DNA from: Anaerolineae bacterium
GTDB taxonomy: Bacteria; Chloroflexota; Anaerolineae; CG2-30-64-16
Reading direction: 5' to 3'
Assembly (NCBI GenBank): GCA_034434235.1
Contig: DAOTZV010000192.1
Location: 5,037 to 69,036, forward strand
Length of the DNA: 64,000 bases
Of the stretch, positions 1-8,719 are shown one piece after another (positions within the stretch are counted from its first letter, which is position 1; the number at the start of each line of letters is the position of its first letter). Under the pieces are notes generated by a model that saw only the letters and a list, made by a program, of their open reading frames with translations, was not told where the DNA came from and made no database searches. The position numbers and the translations under genes are program-made.

Positions 1-478
1 GATTGACCCGCCACAGGCGCACGGCTTCGCCCAGCGCCCAGGTGGCCGCTTCCCAGTGCGCTACGCCGGACGGGTCGGCATCCAGGGAGATGGCGATGGC
101 CGGCGCGCCCAGCAGGTGCGCGGTCAGCGCTGCGCCGACCGTGCCGGAATAGAAGACATCGCGGCCCAGATTGGCGCCGTGGTTGATGCCGCTGACGACC
201 AGATCGCAAGGAGCGGCCAGCAAGCCGCGCAAGCCGACGTGGACGCAGGTGGCCGGCGTGCCCGCCAGGGCGTAAGCGGTGACGTTGCGAGGCTGGCCGT
301 CCGGATGTCGGTAGGGGAAGCAAGAGAAGGAGCGGGACGGCGGCAGGGCCGCGCCGTAGCCACTATAGTTGGTCGTCGGCGCCAGGATGGTGACCTGCCC
401 CACTTTGGCCAGGGCACGCGCGGCGGCCCAGAGCCCGGGCGCAGCGATGCCGTCGTCGTTAGTTAACAGGATGTTCAT
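1..478 (-). CDS. surE: 5'/3'-nucleotidase SurE (3' end runs off window)
   Basis: Own translation from ATG 478: MNILLTNDDGIAAPGLWAAARAL...VVSGINHGANLGRDVFYSGTVGAA, with the SurE NDDG and SGINxGxNxG/SGT motifs. Not in the ORF track because it is truncated. Confidence 0.93.
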   Translation of the reverse strand, partial: MNILLTNDDGIAAPGLWAAARALAKVGQVTILAPTTNYSGYGAALPPSRSFSCFPYRHPDGQPRNVTAYALAGTPATCVHVGLRGLLAAPCDLVVSGINHGANLGRDVFYSGTVGAALTAHLLGAPAIAISLDADPSGVAHWEAATWALGEAVRLWRVN

Positions 479-671
479 CGCTCCACTCCTCGGCCTGTTG
501 CTCAGGGCTTTCAGCGCCGCGAGCCAACATCTGGGCGATTTCACTGGCCAATGCCTTTCGTCTGCCAAAAGGATCGCGCCGGATCGGCCGGCTGCCGTAT
601 AGCCGATGGAGTTGGGTCAAGAGGTTTTGGGGAGAAGAGCGATGATTGGCTTCTTTCGCTGACGTCGCCAT
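459..671 (-). CDS. Putative 70-aa small protein upstream of and overlapping surE
   Basis: GGGAGG 7 nt before ATG 671; stop overlaps the surE start by 20 nt; no recognisable domain. Confidence 0.4.
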   Translation of the reverse strand: MATSAKEANHRSSPQNLLTQLHRLYGSRPIRRDPFGRRKALASEIAQMLARGAESPEQQAEEWSDEHPVN

Positions 672-896
672 GCTATAGCCTCCCTTCGTGCTGTGTACTG
701 ATCACTCTACGAGGCAGTATTACAGAGGGTCGTAAAATTGAGGCTAAGAGCAGGTTATGGGGATATTAGCGATGTGTTAAGGTTTGCTAATCCGTCGGAA
801 GTCCCAGTTCTCGATGCTACTCATGGATATGGGTTCCACTGATGCGGCGGAAGGCTCAGATTGTCAAACGGAGTTGTCGGTCATAGGATGACAGGG

Positions 897-1919
897 TTAT
901 TTCAATCCATCCACGATCGCCTTCACGTTGTACTTCATCATGTCAATGTAGGTCGGCGCCGGGCCGTTGGCTTCGGTGATCGAATGGGTGAACAGTTCGG
1001 TCACCACTTTGATCCCGACTTCCTGCGCCAATTGGCGGGCAAGCTGCGGGTTCGTGCCGGTCTCCAGGAAGATGGCCGGCGCGCCGGTCGCGCGGATGTG
1101 CTCCACCAATTGGGCCATCTGTTGGGCCGACGGCGAGGCCCCGGTGCTGACGCTGGGGATCACCGCGCCGACGATGGTGAAGCCGTAGCGGTCGGCGAAG
1201 TAGCCGAAGCTCTCGTGGTTGGTCACCAACAACCGCCTTTCGGCCGGGATCTGGCTGACCTGCTCGCGGATCCAGGCGTCGAGCTCTTTGAGTTTGGCGA
1301 TGTACGCATCGGCATTGCGAGCGTAGATCGCCGCCCCGCCGGGATCGGCCTGGCTCAAACCGTCGCGGATGTTTTCGGTGTACTTGATTGCGTTGATCGG
1401 ATCGAGCCAGAAATGCGGGTCGCCTTCGTGATGGTGGTGCCCGGCATGCTCATCGGCGGCCGGGGTGGCGGCGGCCGCGCCAGGCTGGTGTTCCTCATCC
1501 TCATCTTCGTGCGCGGCTTCCTCGCTGCCCGGCTCGCGCGTGGTCAGCCCGGCCGAGGCCACGATGACGGCGCGCTGGCCGCCGGCATTCGCCAGGACGT
1601 CTTCCAGCCAGCTCTCGAAGCCGGCCCCGTTGACGATCAACACCTGGCTTTCGGCGATCCTGGCCACATCCTGCGGCGTGGGCTCGAACCCATGGGGATC
1701 CACCCCGATCGGGATGAGCGCGGCGACCTTGAGGCGGTCGCCCGCTACGTTCTGCGCGATGTCGGCCAGGAAGGTTTCGACGGCCAACGCTTTGAGCGCC
1801 GCGCGACCCGCATCCGTCGAGGGCCGGGACGCGGGTTGCGGGCCTGCCGTACTGCAGGCCGTCAGGCCGAGCAGGGCCAAAGCGATGATCAACCCGCGGA
1901 GAACAGAAAAGCGGCTCAT
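897..1919 (-). CDS. Metal ABC transporter substrate-binding lipoprotein (cluster A-I, ZnuA/TroA/PsaA family)
   Basis: Lipobox LTAC; DPHGFEP, DPHFW and NHES motifs; His/Glu-rich loop; AGGAGG RBS before ATG 1919. Confidence 0.92.
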   Translation of the reverse strand: MSRFSVLRGLIIALALLGLTACSTAGPQPASRPSTDAGRAALKALAVETFLADIAQNVAGDRLKVAALIPIGVDPHGFEPTPQDVARIAESQVLIVNGAGFESWLEDVLANAGGQRAVIVASAGLTTREPGSEEAAHEDEDEEHQPGAAAATPAADEHAGHHHHEGDPHFWLDPINAIKYTENIRDGLSQADPGGAAIYARNADAYIAKLKELDAWIREQVSQIPAERRLLVTNHESFGYFADRYGFTIVGAVIPSVSTGASPSAQQMAQLVEHIRATGAPAIFLETGTNPQLARQLAQEVGIKVVTELFTHSITEANGPAPTYIDMMKYNVKAIVDGLK

Positions 1920-2003
1920 GTCAACCTCCTGAATTTGATAATCTATTTCGATTTTTCTCGATAGAACTTCTGCATCTCCAGATGATGCGAGTCCCTGACG
2001 AAT

Positions 2004-2022
2004 ATTGATAATAATTATCAAT
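2004..2022. promoter_or_regulatory. Fur-family (Fur/Zur-type) operator
   Basis: ATTGATAAT-A-ATTATCAAT, a perfect 9-1-9 inverted repeat containing the Fur 7-1-7 consensus TGATAATnATTATCA; lies just downstream of the promoter of the metal-binding protein. Confidence 0.85.
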
Positions 2023-2033
2023 TTTCATTTGCC

Positions 2034-2062
2034 AGTATACCATAGATGCGCCTGGCTGTCAA
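2034..2062 (-). promoter_or_regulatory. Sigma70-type promoter of the metal-binding lipoprotein gene
   Basis: TTGACA (2062-2057), 17 bp, TATACT (2039-2034). Confidence 0.8.
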
Positions 2063-2168
2063 ATCCGGCAGGTGGGATGCAGCAATTCCAAATGCGCCGC
2101 GCGCGTTGCCGGCGCGTTGTGCGTCCGGCGGGACCACCCCCAGGGCCGCCCCCAGCGGGGCTGTCCCC

Positions 2169-2571
2169 AGCTCGCCGTACAATGGCCGGACGAGCTGAAG
2201 CTCGCCGTACAACGGCCGGACGAGCTGAAGTTCGCTGTACAATGGCCGGACGAGCTGAAGCTCGCCGTACAACGGCCGGACGAGCTGAAGTTCGCTGTAC
2301 AACGGCCGGACGAGCTGAAGCTCGCCGTACAACGGCCGGACGAGCTGAAGCTCGCCGTACAACGGCCGGACGAGCTGAAGCTCGCCGTACAATGGCCGGA
2401 CGAGCTGAAGCTCGCCGTACAATGGCCGGACGAGCTGAAGCTCGCCGCACAATGGCCGGACGAGCTGAAGCTCGCTGTACAACGGCCGGACGAGCTGAAG
2501 CTCGCCGCACAACGGCCGGACGAGCTGAAGCTCGCTGTACAATGGCCCGACGAGCTGAAGCTCGCCCTACA
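2169..2571. repeat. Tandem array of about 13.4 copies of a 30-bp REP-like unit
   Basis: Unit CGAGCTGAAGCTCGCCGTACAAYGGCCGGA at 2191, 2221 ... 2521 plus partial end units; internal hairpin CGAGC-TGAA-GCTCG; no spacers. Confidence 0.97.
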
Positions 2572-3430
2572 GGCGTTCGACCTGACAGGGGTTGGTCAGT
2601 GCGCCGATCCCTTCCACTTCGACCGTCACCACATCGCCGTCCCGCAGGAAGACGGGCGGCTTGCGGAACGCGCCGACCCCGGGCGGGGTGCCCGTCAGGA
2701 TGATGTCGCCGGGCAACAGGGTGAAGGCGCGCGTGATGAATTCGATCAGCTCGGGGATGCGGAAGATAAGCTGATCGGTGCGCGAGTCCTGCATTACCCG
2801 GCCGTTGACGCGCGTGCGGATCGGCAGGCCGTGCGGCTCGGGCACCTCGTCGCGCGTCACGATCCACGGCCCGAGCGGGCAGAAGGTGTCGAGCGATTTG
2901 CCGCGCACCCACTGGCCGTCTCCCTTCTGGAGGTCGCGCGCGGTCACGTCGTTCGCCACGGTGTAGCCGAAGACGTAATCGTAGGCGTCGCGGGCGGCCA
3001 CGCGGCGGGCCGACCGGCCGATCACTACGGCCAGCTCGGCCTCCCAGTCTATCTGGTCCGACAGGCCCGGGTCCCAGCGGATCTCATCGCCCGGGCCGAT
3101 CACCGCGGTGGGGAACTTGGCGAAGATGATCGGCCGTTCCGGCAGCGCCGCGTTCTGTTCGCGCACGTGATCGAAGTAGTTCTGGCCGATGGCCACGATC
3201 TTCGAGGGCCGCACGGGCGGGCCTAGCTTGAGGCCCGCCAGCGGCCGCGCGTAAGCCGACCGGTCGCGCGCGGCCAGGTCGCGCGCCAGTCGCGTCCAGG
3301 CGTCGGGCCCGGCGGCGATCAACGATGCCATGTCGCTGATGGCCGCCGCCGCGGTCAGGTCAATGACCTGTTCGCCGTGCAGGGCACCCACGCGGGTTTG
3401 CCCTTCATGCAGAAATGTCAACAGACGCAT
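2567..3430 (-). CDS. Fumarylacetoacetate hydrolase family protein
   Basis: KIVAIGQNY, DWEAELAVVIG, NDVTARD, GKSLDTFCPLGP and GDIILTGTPPGVG motifs. Confidence 0.93.
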   Translation of the reverse strand: MRLLTFLHEGQTRVGALHGEQVIDLTAAAAISDMASLIAAGPDAWTRLARDLAARDRSAYARPLAGLKLGPPVRPSKIVAIGQNYFDHVREQNAALPERPIIFAKFPTAVIGPGDEIRWDPGLSDQIDWEAELAVVIGRSARRVAARDAYDYVFGYTVANDVTARDLQKGDGQWVRGKSLDTFCPLGPWIVTRDEVPEPHGLPIRTRVNGRVMQDSRTDQLIFRIPELIEFITRAFTLLPGDIILTGTPPGVGAFRKPPVFLRDGDVVTVEVEGIGALTNPCQVERL

Positions 3431-4097
3431 GATGCTCTTCTCCAGACAGGATCAACGCCAGCCGGATGATGCGGCGCAGGGCCGTTTCGTAGCCCAGCTC
3501 GGCCAGCAGTTCATCGGGCCGGCCGGTGGCGGCCGGCTCGATCCGCACTTCTGTCTCAAAGGATTGGCCCAGGTCGCAAGGGCCGGTGTAGGCGAGGGAC
3601 CGGATCAACGGCCGCAGGTCGTAGCGGCTGATCTCCTTGCCGCGACGCCGCTCGCGCCATGCTTCGGGCCGGGCCATGAAGCGCGCCAGGCGGTCGGCGA
3701 ACGCCGCGGCCGGCTCGTCCGTCTCCACCTCGACCCGATAGCGCGCGCCGCACACGGCCGCCTGCAGCGCCGGCCACGCGCGGGGCACCGGCTCGGCGGC
3801 GATCAGCCGGATGCCGGACGGCAACGCCGGCGCCAGCCGCGCCAGGAAGTCGGCCGGGGCCAGCTCTTCGTTCAGGAACACGTCCACCAGCTCGGCCTGG
3901 CCGGTGAAGCCGACCGGCAACGCGGCCGCGAAGTGCAGCCGCGCCTGGGGATTGAACCCCTGCGAGTAGGCCAGCGGCAGCCGCGCCCGCCGGATGGCCC
4001 GTTCCCACGTGCGCGCCATGTCGAGATGGCCGACATACTTCACGCTGTCGTCCGTGGCAAAGGTGACCCGCATCCGCTGCGCGTACGTCTCGCTCAT
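3405..4097 (-). CDS. Radical SAM-linked protein (TIGR03936/DUF2344 type)
   Basis: KYVGHLDMARTWERAIRRARLPLAYSQGFNP motif; ATG 4097 overlaps the upstream stop (ATGA). Confidence 0.88.
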   Translation of the reverse strand: MSETYAQRMRVTFATDDSVKYVGHLDMARTWERAIRRARLPLAYSQGFNPQARLHFAAALPVGFTGQAELVDVFLNEELAPADFLARLAPALPSGIRLIAAEPVPRAWPALQAAVCGARYRVEVETDEPAAAFADRLARFMARPEAWRERRRGKEISRYDLRPLIRSLAYTGPCDLGQSFETEVRIEPAATGRPDELLAELGYETALRRIIRLALILSGEEHHASVDISA

Positions 4098-5557
4098 TCT
4101 ATCGTGCGCGGGAAATACGGTTCCGGGCCTTGCGGCACCTTGCTGTCTATCTGCAGGTAGCCGGCGTCCATGTACTCCCAGATCACCTGGAACGGCTCCT
4201 TGCCCGCCACCCATTTTTCCACGATGAAGACGCCGTGCGTCGGCAGCAGCGTGAACGCCACCTGGCGCGGGTCGTCGGGGTTGAGCAGGCATTGGGCCTG
4301 GGCGAAGACCGAGCGCACCCCCTGCGCCTGGGCATATGTGCCGCAGGTGACCGGCAACGCGAAGTAGACGGCCGCCATCGGCACGTATTCCACCCGCCGC
4401 GGGTCGTACGCCAGGACGCCGCGATGGCTGTGCAGCTTCGAGCGCACCACCGGCACGGGCCGCTCCACGCCCCAGGCCGGATCGAGCCGGACGCGCGGCA
4501 GGGCATTGTCCAGGTCTATCATCTCGAATCCTTCGGAGGAGGGCGGATCGTTGCGCAATCCTTCGACATGGCGCACCACCACCCCGCGACCGTTGGGCTG
4601 CACCCCCGTCACCACGGCCAGGTCGTTTTCGGTCAGGTGCCCTTTGTCCACCGGCCGGGCGCTGCCGGTGGTGGTGGCGATCAGCGCGTCCAGGTCGGGC
4701 TCCCAGGTGGAGAAGCACCCTTCGCTGTACTGGCTGGCGACCGCGTCGGTCATGGCCGGCACCGACACCAGGTCGGCGATGCGCACCATCTCGGTGAAGA
4801 AGCCGCGGCCGCCGAACTCCAGGCTCGCGCGTTGCATCGCCCTGGGGGTCGAGAGGCGTTCCCACACCGCGCGCGGCACCGGAGGCGGTTCCACTACGTA
4901 GCGGGCCACTTCCTCCGCGCTCATTGCGGTGACGATGCGCAACACCACGTCGTCGTAGAACCCCGGCGCACGGGCGTCGCTGCGCGCGTAGCTGCCGACC
5001 AGGTTGAAATGGTAGGCGTACTCCGGGGTCTCATCGCCGATCACCAGGAGGATGCCCAGGGTGAGGCCTTGCGCCTGCAAGAGGCGCTCGACCGAGAGGA
5101 TGGCGCCGGCGCGACGGCCCTGTTCGACCAGCGGACGGTAGGCGGTGGGCGCAAGGCCGGGGAACTGAAAGTCGGCCAGGTCAATCGGGTCTTTGGCCAG
5201 GGCGCGCTCGAAGTGGGCCAACAGCGCGTCGAACTCGGCCGGCCGCGCCTGCATGATGGTCCAAAACTGAGGCGTGTGCGAGAGGCCGAACTGCCGTCGC
5301 AATTGGAACGCCGGCGCCTGACGCCAGCTCAGCGGCTCGCCGAAACGGGCCGTGGTGAATACGACATCCGTCTCATCGGTCGGCCGCTCCTGCACCACGT
5401 GGCCCAGCTCGCCGAAGCGTTGGATCAGCCGCTCGGCGACTTCGGCCGACATCGGCGTGGATGGACCGGGCAGATAGGTCACATGTAGCTTTTTGAGCCA
5501 CGGATGCACCGGACGGGTCAACAGCGCAGGTGAAGCAAAGGCGGCTTCAACAGTCAT
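4094..5557 (-). CDS. Uncharacterised 487-aa protein; C-terminus resembles a class II aldolase/adducin domain
   Basis: ATGA overlaps at both ends; KLHSHRG and LLPTHGVFIV resemble the HxH and NHG metal motifs of class II aldolases. Confidence 0.7.
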   Translation of the reverse strand: MTVEAAFASPALLTRPVHPWLKKLHVTYLPGPSTPMSAEVAERLIQRFGELGHVVQERPTDETDVVFTTARFGEPLSWRQAPAFQLRRQFGLSHTPQFWTIMQARPAEFDALLAHFERALAKDPIDLADFQFPGLAPTAYRPLVEQGRRAGAILSVERLLQAQGLTLGILLVIGDETPEYAYHFNLVGSYARSDARAPGFYDDVVLRIVTAMSAEEVARYVVEPPPVPRAVWERLSTPRAMQRASLEFGGRGFFTEMVRIADLVSVPAMTDAVASQYSEGCFSTWEPDLDALIATTTGSARPVDKGHLTENDLAVVTGVQPNGRGVVVRHVEGLRNDPPSSEGFEMIDLDNALPRVRLDPAWGVERPVPVVRSKLHSHRGVLAYDPRRVEYVPMAAVYFALPVTCGTYAQAQGVRSVFAQAQCLLNPDDPRQVAFTLLPTHGVFIVEKWVAGKEPFQVIWEYMDAGYLQIDSKVPQGPEPYFPRTIE

Positions 5558-6342
5558 CTCTCTTTTTCCTCCAAACCTTCCAGGTGAAATATGCGAACGG
5601 CCCAATCGCCCAGGCGGGGCGAGAGCCAATCGGCAAGCAAAAGGGCCCAGGCGGTGGCCGGCAGGATCGTCTCGGCCCGGCGATGGCGGATCGCGGCGAC
5701 GATGGCGTGCGCAACGTTCTCGGCCGGGATGGGCCGCGAGATCCAGGGTATGTTCATCCCGGCAATGAGCGGAGTGGCCACCCGGCCGGGGAAGATGATG
5801 GACACGTCCACGCCGGTGCCGTACAGGTCCTGGCGCAACGCTTCGCCGAAGCCGGCCACCGCAAACTTGGTTGCCGCGTAGGGCGCGTCGGTGCGGATCG
5901 CCTTCTTGCCGTCCACCGACGAGAGCAGCACGATGTGGCCGCGGCGTTGCGCCCGCATGTACGGCAAGGCCGCCAGCACGGGATAGACCGTGCCGAAGAA
6001 GTTCACGGCCATGCATCGCTCGAAATCGGCGGCCGTGAGGGTCTCGATCGGCCCGCGCACGTAGATGCCGGCGCAGGTCACCAGCACGTCCACCCCGCCC
6101 CAGGTTTCGACCGTGCGGCGCACGACCTCTTCGGCCTGCTCCTGGCGGCTGATGTCGGCCGGCAACACCAGGGCGCGGCCGGCCAGCGCCCGTATCTCCG
6201 CGGCCACGGCTTCCAGTTCGGCCTGGCGGCGGGCGGTGAGGACCAGATGCGCGCCCGCGCGCGCCAGGGCCAGGGCCGTGGCCCGGCCGATGCCGCTCGA
6301 TGCGCCTGTTACGATGGCGATCCTGTCGCGCAGTGAGTCCAT
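5554..6342 (-). CDS. Short-chain dehydrogenase/reductase
   Basis: TGASSGIG, TCAG and catalytic YAATK. Confidence 0.93.
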   Translation of the reverse strand: MDSLRDRIAIVTGASSGIGRATALALARAGAHLVLTARRQAELEAVAAEIRALAGRALVLPADISRQEQAEEVVRRTVETWGGVDVLVTCAGIYVRGPIETLTAADFERCMAVNFFGTVYPVLAALPYMRAQRRGHIVLLSSVDGKKAIRTDAPYAATKFAVAGFGEALRQDLYGTGVDVSIIFPGRVATPLIAGMNIPWISRPIPAENVAHAIVAAIRHRRAETILPATAWALLLADWLSPRLGDWAVRIFHLEGLEEKER

Positions 6343-6405
6343 GGTTGGAAGCTGGAAGCTGGGTAACAACATAATAACAACACCGGTTTTGGAGCGAAGT
6401 TGCGC

Positions 6406-8430
6406 TCAATCGGTGTCGGACTTCGGTGCGCGCTGCCGGCCGGCGCGTTGCGGCACGCGTGGGCCGGCCCGGGCGGCCAGCTCCGGGCTCATCTCTTCGT
6501 TGAAATAGAGCGGCACCGGCCGGGGGCTCACCGGCTGGCGCTTCTTGCCGCTGCCAAGGGGCGGGCATCCCCAGGCGTCGTCCGGCGCGCTGCGTCGCGC
6601 CTCTTTGAACTGGCCCAGGATGCCGCACGAGTAACAGTGTTCGCGACAGTCGTCTATCACGCCGCCGGCCAGGGCGTGGCGATACTCGGCCTCCAGGAAC
6701 GATCGCTTCACCCCCACGCTGACGAAATCCCACGGCAGGATCTCGTCCAGGGGGCGCTCGCGGCGGGCATACCAGTCGGGATCGAGCCCGTGGGCCGCGA
6801 AGGCCTGTCGCCAGGCGGCCAGGTTGAACTGGTCGCCCCAGCCGTCGAAGCGGGCGCCCAGCCGCCAGGCCGTCTCGATCACGTCGGCCAGGCGCCGGTC
6901 GCCGCGCGAGAGGGCCGCTTCGATCAGGGTTTCGTCCGGGTTGTTGTAGCTGAACTCGATGCCCGGGCCGCGCAATTGCCGTTCCAGCAGGGCGATCTGG
7001 CTGCGGATCGTCGCGTCATCGGCCAGGGGCGCCCACTGAAACGGCGTATGCGCCTTGGGCACCAGCGTGCTCACGCCCACCCGCACGTTGGCTTTGCCGC
7101 CCAACTCCTGCCGGCCGATGCGCCGCACCTGATGCGTCAGATCGGCGATGGCCTGGACGTCGGCCAGGGTTTGCGTCGGATGGCCGATCATGAAGTAGAG
7201 TTTGATCGTGGTCCACCCGCGACGGTAGACCTGGCGGGCCGTCTCCAGCAGCAGCTCGGTGGCGATCGGCTTGTTGATCACATCGCGCAGCCGGTCGGTG
7301 GCCGCTTCGGGCGCGAAGGTGAAGCCCGAGCGCCGGCGCCCCTTCTCCAGTTGTTCCATCAGCTCGACGCTGAAGGTCTCGATGCGCAGGCTCGGCAGGC
7401 CGATGGAGAGCTTCTCGCTGCCGTAGCGCGCCACCACCTGGCGCACCAGCTCGCCGATGGCATGGTAGTCGGACGAGCTGAGGGAGAGGAAGCTGATCTC
7501 CTCGAAGCCGGTGGCCGCGACGATCTCGTCTACGGCGGCCAGTACCTCGGCCAGGGGACGCTCGCGCACCGGCCGGTAGATCATGCCGGCCTGGCAGAAG
7601 CGACAGCCGCGCGTGCAACCGCGCTGGATCTCGATGGCGGCGCGATTGTGCACCGTGTCTATGAACGGCACGATGAAGCGCGTGACCGGCGGCGGCAGGG
7701 TGGGCACGATGCGCTTCACGATGGTCGGCCGGCCGGCCGGATCGAGCGAGGTGCGGCCGGCGATGGTCCCATCGGGGTGATAGTGCACCGCGTAAAAGGC
7801 CGGCACATAGACCCCCTCGATGCCGGCCAGGCGCACCAGCGCCTGCCGCCGGCTCAGGCCGGCGCGGCGGGCGTCGGTCCAGGTGCGCACGATCTCCGTG
7901 ATCGCCTCTTCTCCTTCGCCGAAGAAAAACGCGTCGAAGAAAGCGTGCATCGGCTCGGGGTTCAGACAGGCGGAGCCGCCGGCCAGGATGAGCGGCGCGT
8001 CGTCCCCGCGCTCGGCCGCGCGCAGGGGAATGCCGGCCAGGTCAAGGGTGGTCAGGACGTTGGTGTAGAGCTGCTCGTAGGGCAACGAGAAGCCGATCAC
8101 GTCGAAGTCGGCCAGGGGATGCCGCGTTTCGAGGGAATAGAGCGGGATGCCCTCGCGGCGCATCGCCGCGATCATGTCCACCCAGGGCGTGTAGGCGCGC
8201 TCGGCCAGCATGTCGGGCTGGCGGTTGACGATGTCGTAGAGCACCGCCAGGCCCAGGTTCGACATGCCCAGGTCGTAGATGTCGGGGAAGACCAGCGCCA
8301 GCCGATAGGGGATCTCGTCCCACGGCTTGACAACGCAGTTGTATTCGCCGCCGGTATAGCGAGCGGGCTTCTGCACGGTGGGCAAGGCCCGCTCCAGCCG
8401 GCGCGTAATCGCCTGAGGTGTCGGTTCCAT
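6406..8430 (-). CDS. B12-binding radical SAM protein (TIGR03960 type)
   Basis: KPARYTGGE, FPDIYDLGMSN, RGCTRGCRFC (CX3CX2C), FAPEAAT, IKLYFMIG and PKAHTPFQW. Confidence 0.93.
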   Translation of the reverse strand: MEPTPQAITRRLERALPTVQKPARYTGGEYNCVVKPWDEIPYRLALVFPDIYDLGMSNLGLAVLYDIVNRQPDMLAERAYTPWVDMIAAMRREGIPLYSLETRHPLADFDVIGFSLPYEQLYTNVLTTLDLAGIPLRAAERGDDAPLILAGGSACLNPEPMHAFFDAFFFGEGEEAITEIVRTWTDARRAGLSRRQALVRLAGIEGVYVPAFYAVHYHPDGTIAGRTSLDPAGRPTIVKRIVPTLPPPVTRFIVPFIDTVHNRAAIEIQRGCTRGCRFCQAGMIYRPVRERPLAEVLAAVDEIVAATGFEEISFLSLSSSDYHAIGELVRQVVARYGSEKLSIGLPSLRIETFSVELMEQLEKGRRRSGFTFAPEAATDRLRDVINKPIATELLLETARQVYRRGWTTIKLYFMIGHPTQTLADVQAIADLTHQVRRIGRQELGGKANVRVGVSTLVPKAHTPFQWAPLADDATIRSQIALLERQLRGPGIEFSYNNPDETLIEAALSRGDRRLADVIETAWRLGARFDGWGDQFNLAAWRQAFAAHGLDPDWYARRERPLDEILPWDFVSVGVKRSFLEAEYRHALAGGVIDDCREHCYSCGILGQFKEARRSAPDDAWGCPPLGSGKKRQPVSPRPVPLYFNEEMSPELAARAGPRVPQRAGRQRAPKSDTD

Positions 8431-8486
8431 ATACTCTCCTCATACCTGTTTACATCAACAGGGCGGGACTAAAACCCGCGTTGTAA

Positions 8487-8522
8487 TACGTGCCAGGCAT
8501 CTTGCAGAGTGCCTGGCACGTA
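8487..8522. repeat. Dispersed palindrome (GTGCCAGGCAC family), copy 1
   Basis: 13-bp stem TACGTGCCAGGCA/TGCCTGGCACGTA; the same core occurs at 39492-39525. Confidence 0.8.
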
Positions 8523-8546
8523 AGCGTCGCTCAATACCCGATATCT

Positions 8547-8650
8547 TCTCGCTAACCGGGTGACGCCGCCGGTCACAGACCGGCTGCAAGCTCGAAAGCT
8601 CGATCCTCTCTCGCTAACCGGGAGGGACGCCGGTCGCAGATCGGTTGGGA
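8547..8650. repeat. Degenerate 62-bp duplication carrying CCGGTCRCAGAYCGG palindromes
   Basis: TCTCGCTAACCGGG at 8547 and 8609; 8568-8587 is an exact 20-bp reverse complement of 56613-56632. Confidence 0.7.
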
Positions 8651-8656
8651 ACAAGA

Positions 8657-8717
8657 ATACCCAATACCTGATGCCCAACCCCCAACCCCCAGCCCCCAGT
8701 CCCCAGCCCCCAACCCT
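8657..8717. repeat. Heptamer tandem repeat (AGCCCCC/AACCCCC type)
   Basis: 7-bp periodicity directly after the DapA-like stop codon. Confidence 0.8.
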
Positions 8718-8719
8718 CG

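Noticed and set aside
2169-2571. 30-bp repeat array as a CRISPR array
   Set aside because: Units are contiguous with no unique spacers, and there are no cas genes in the window
2005-3226. ORFs 2005-2703, 2018-2542, 2025-2912 and 2072-3226 as genes
   Set aside because: They are open because the 30-bp stop-free unit is a multiple of 3; no convincing RBS; they overlap the FAH gene or the promoter
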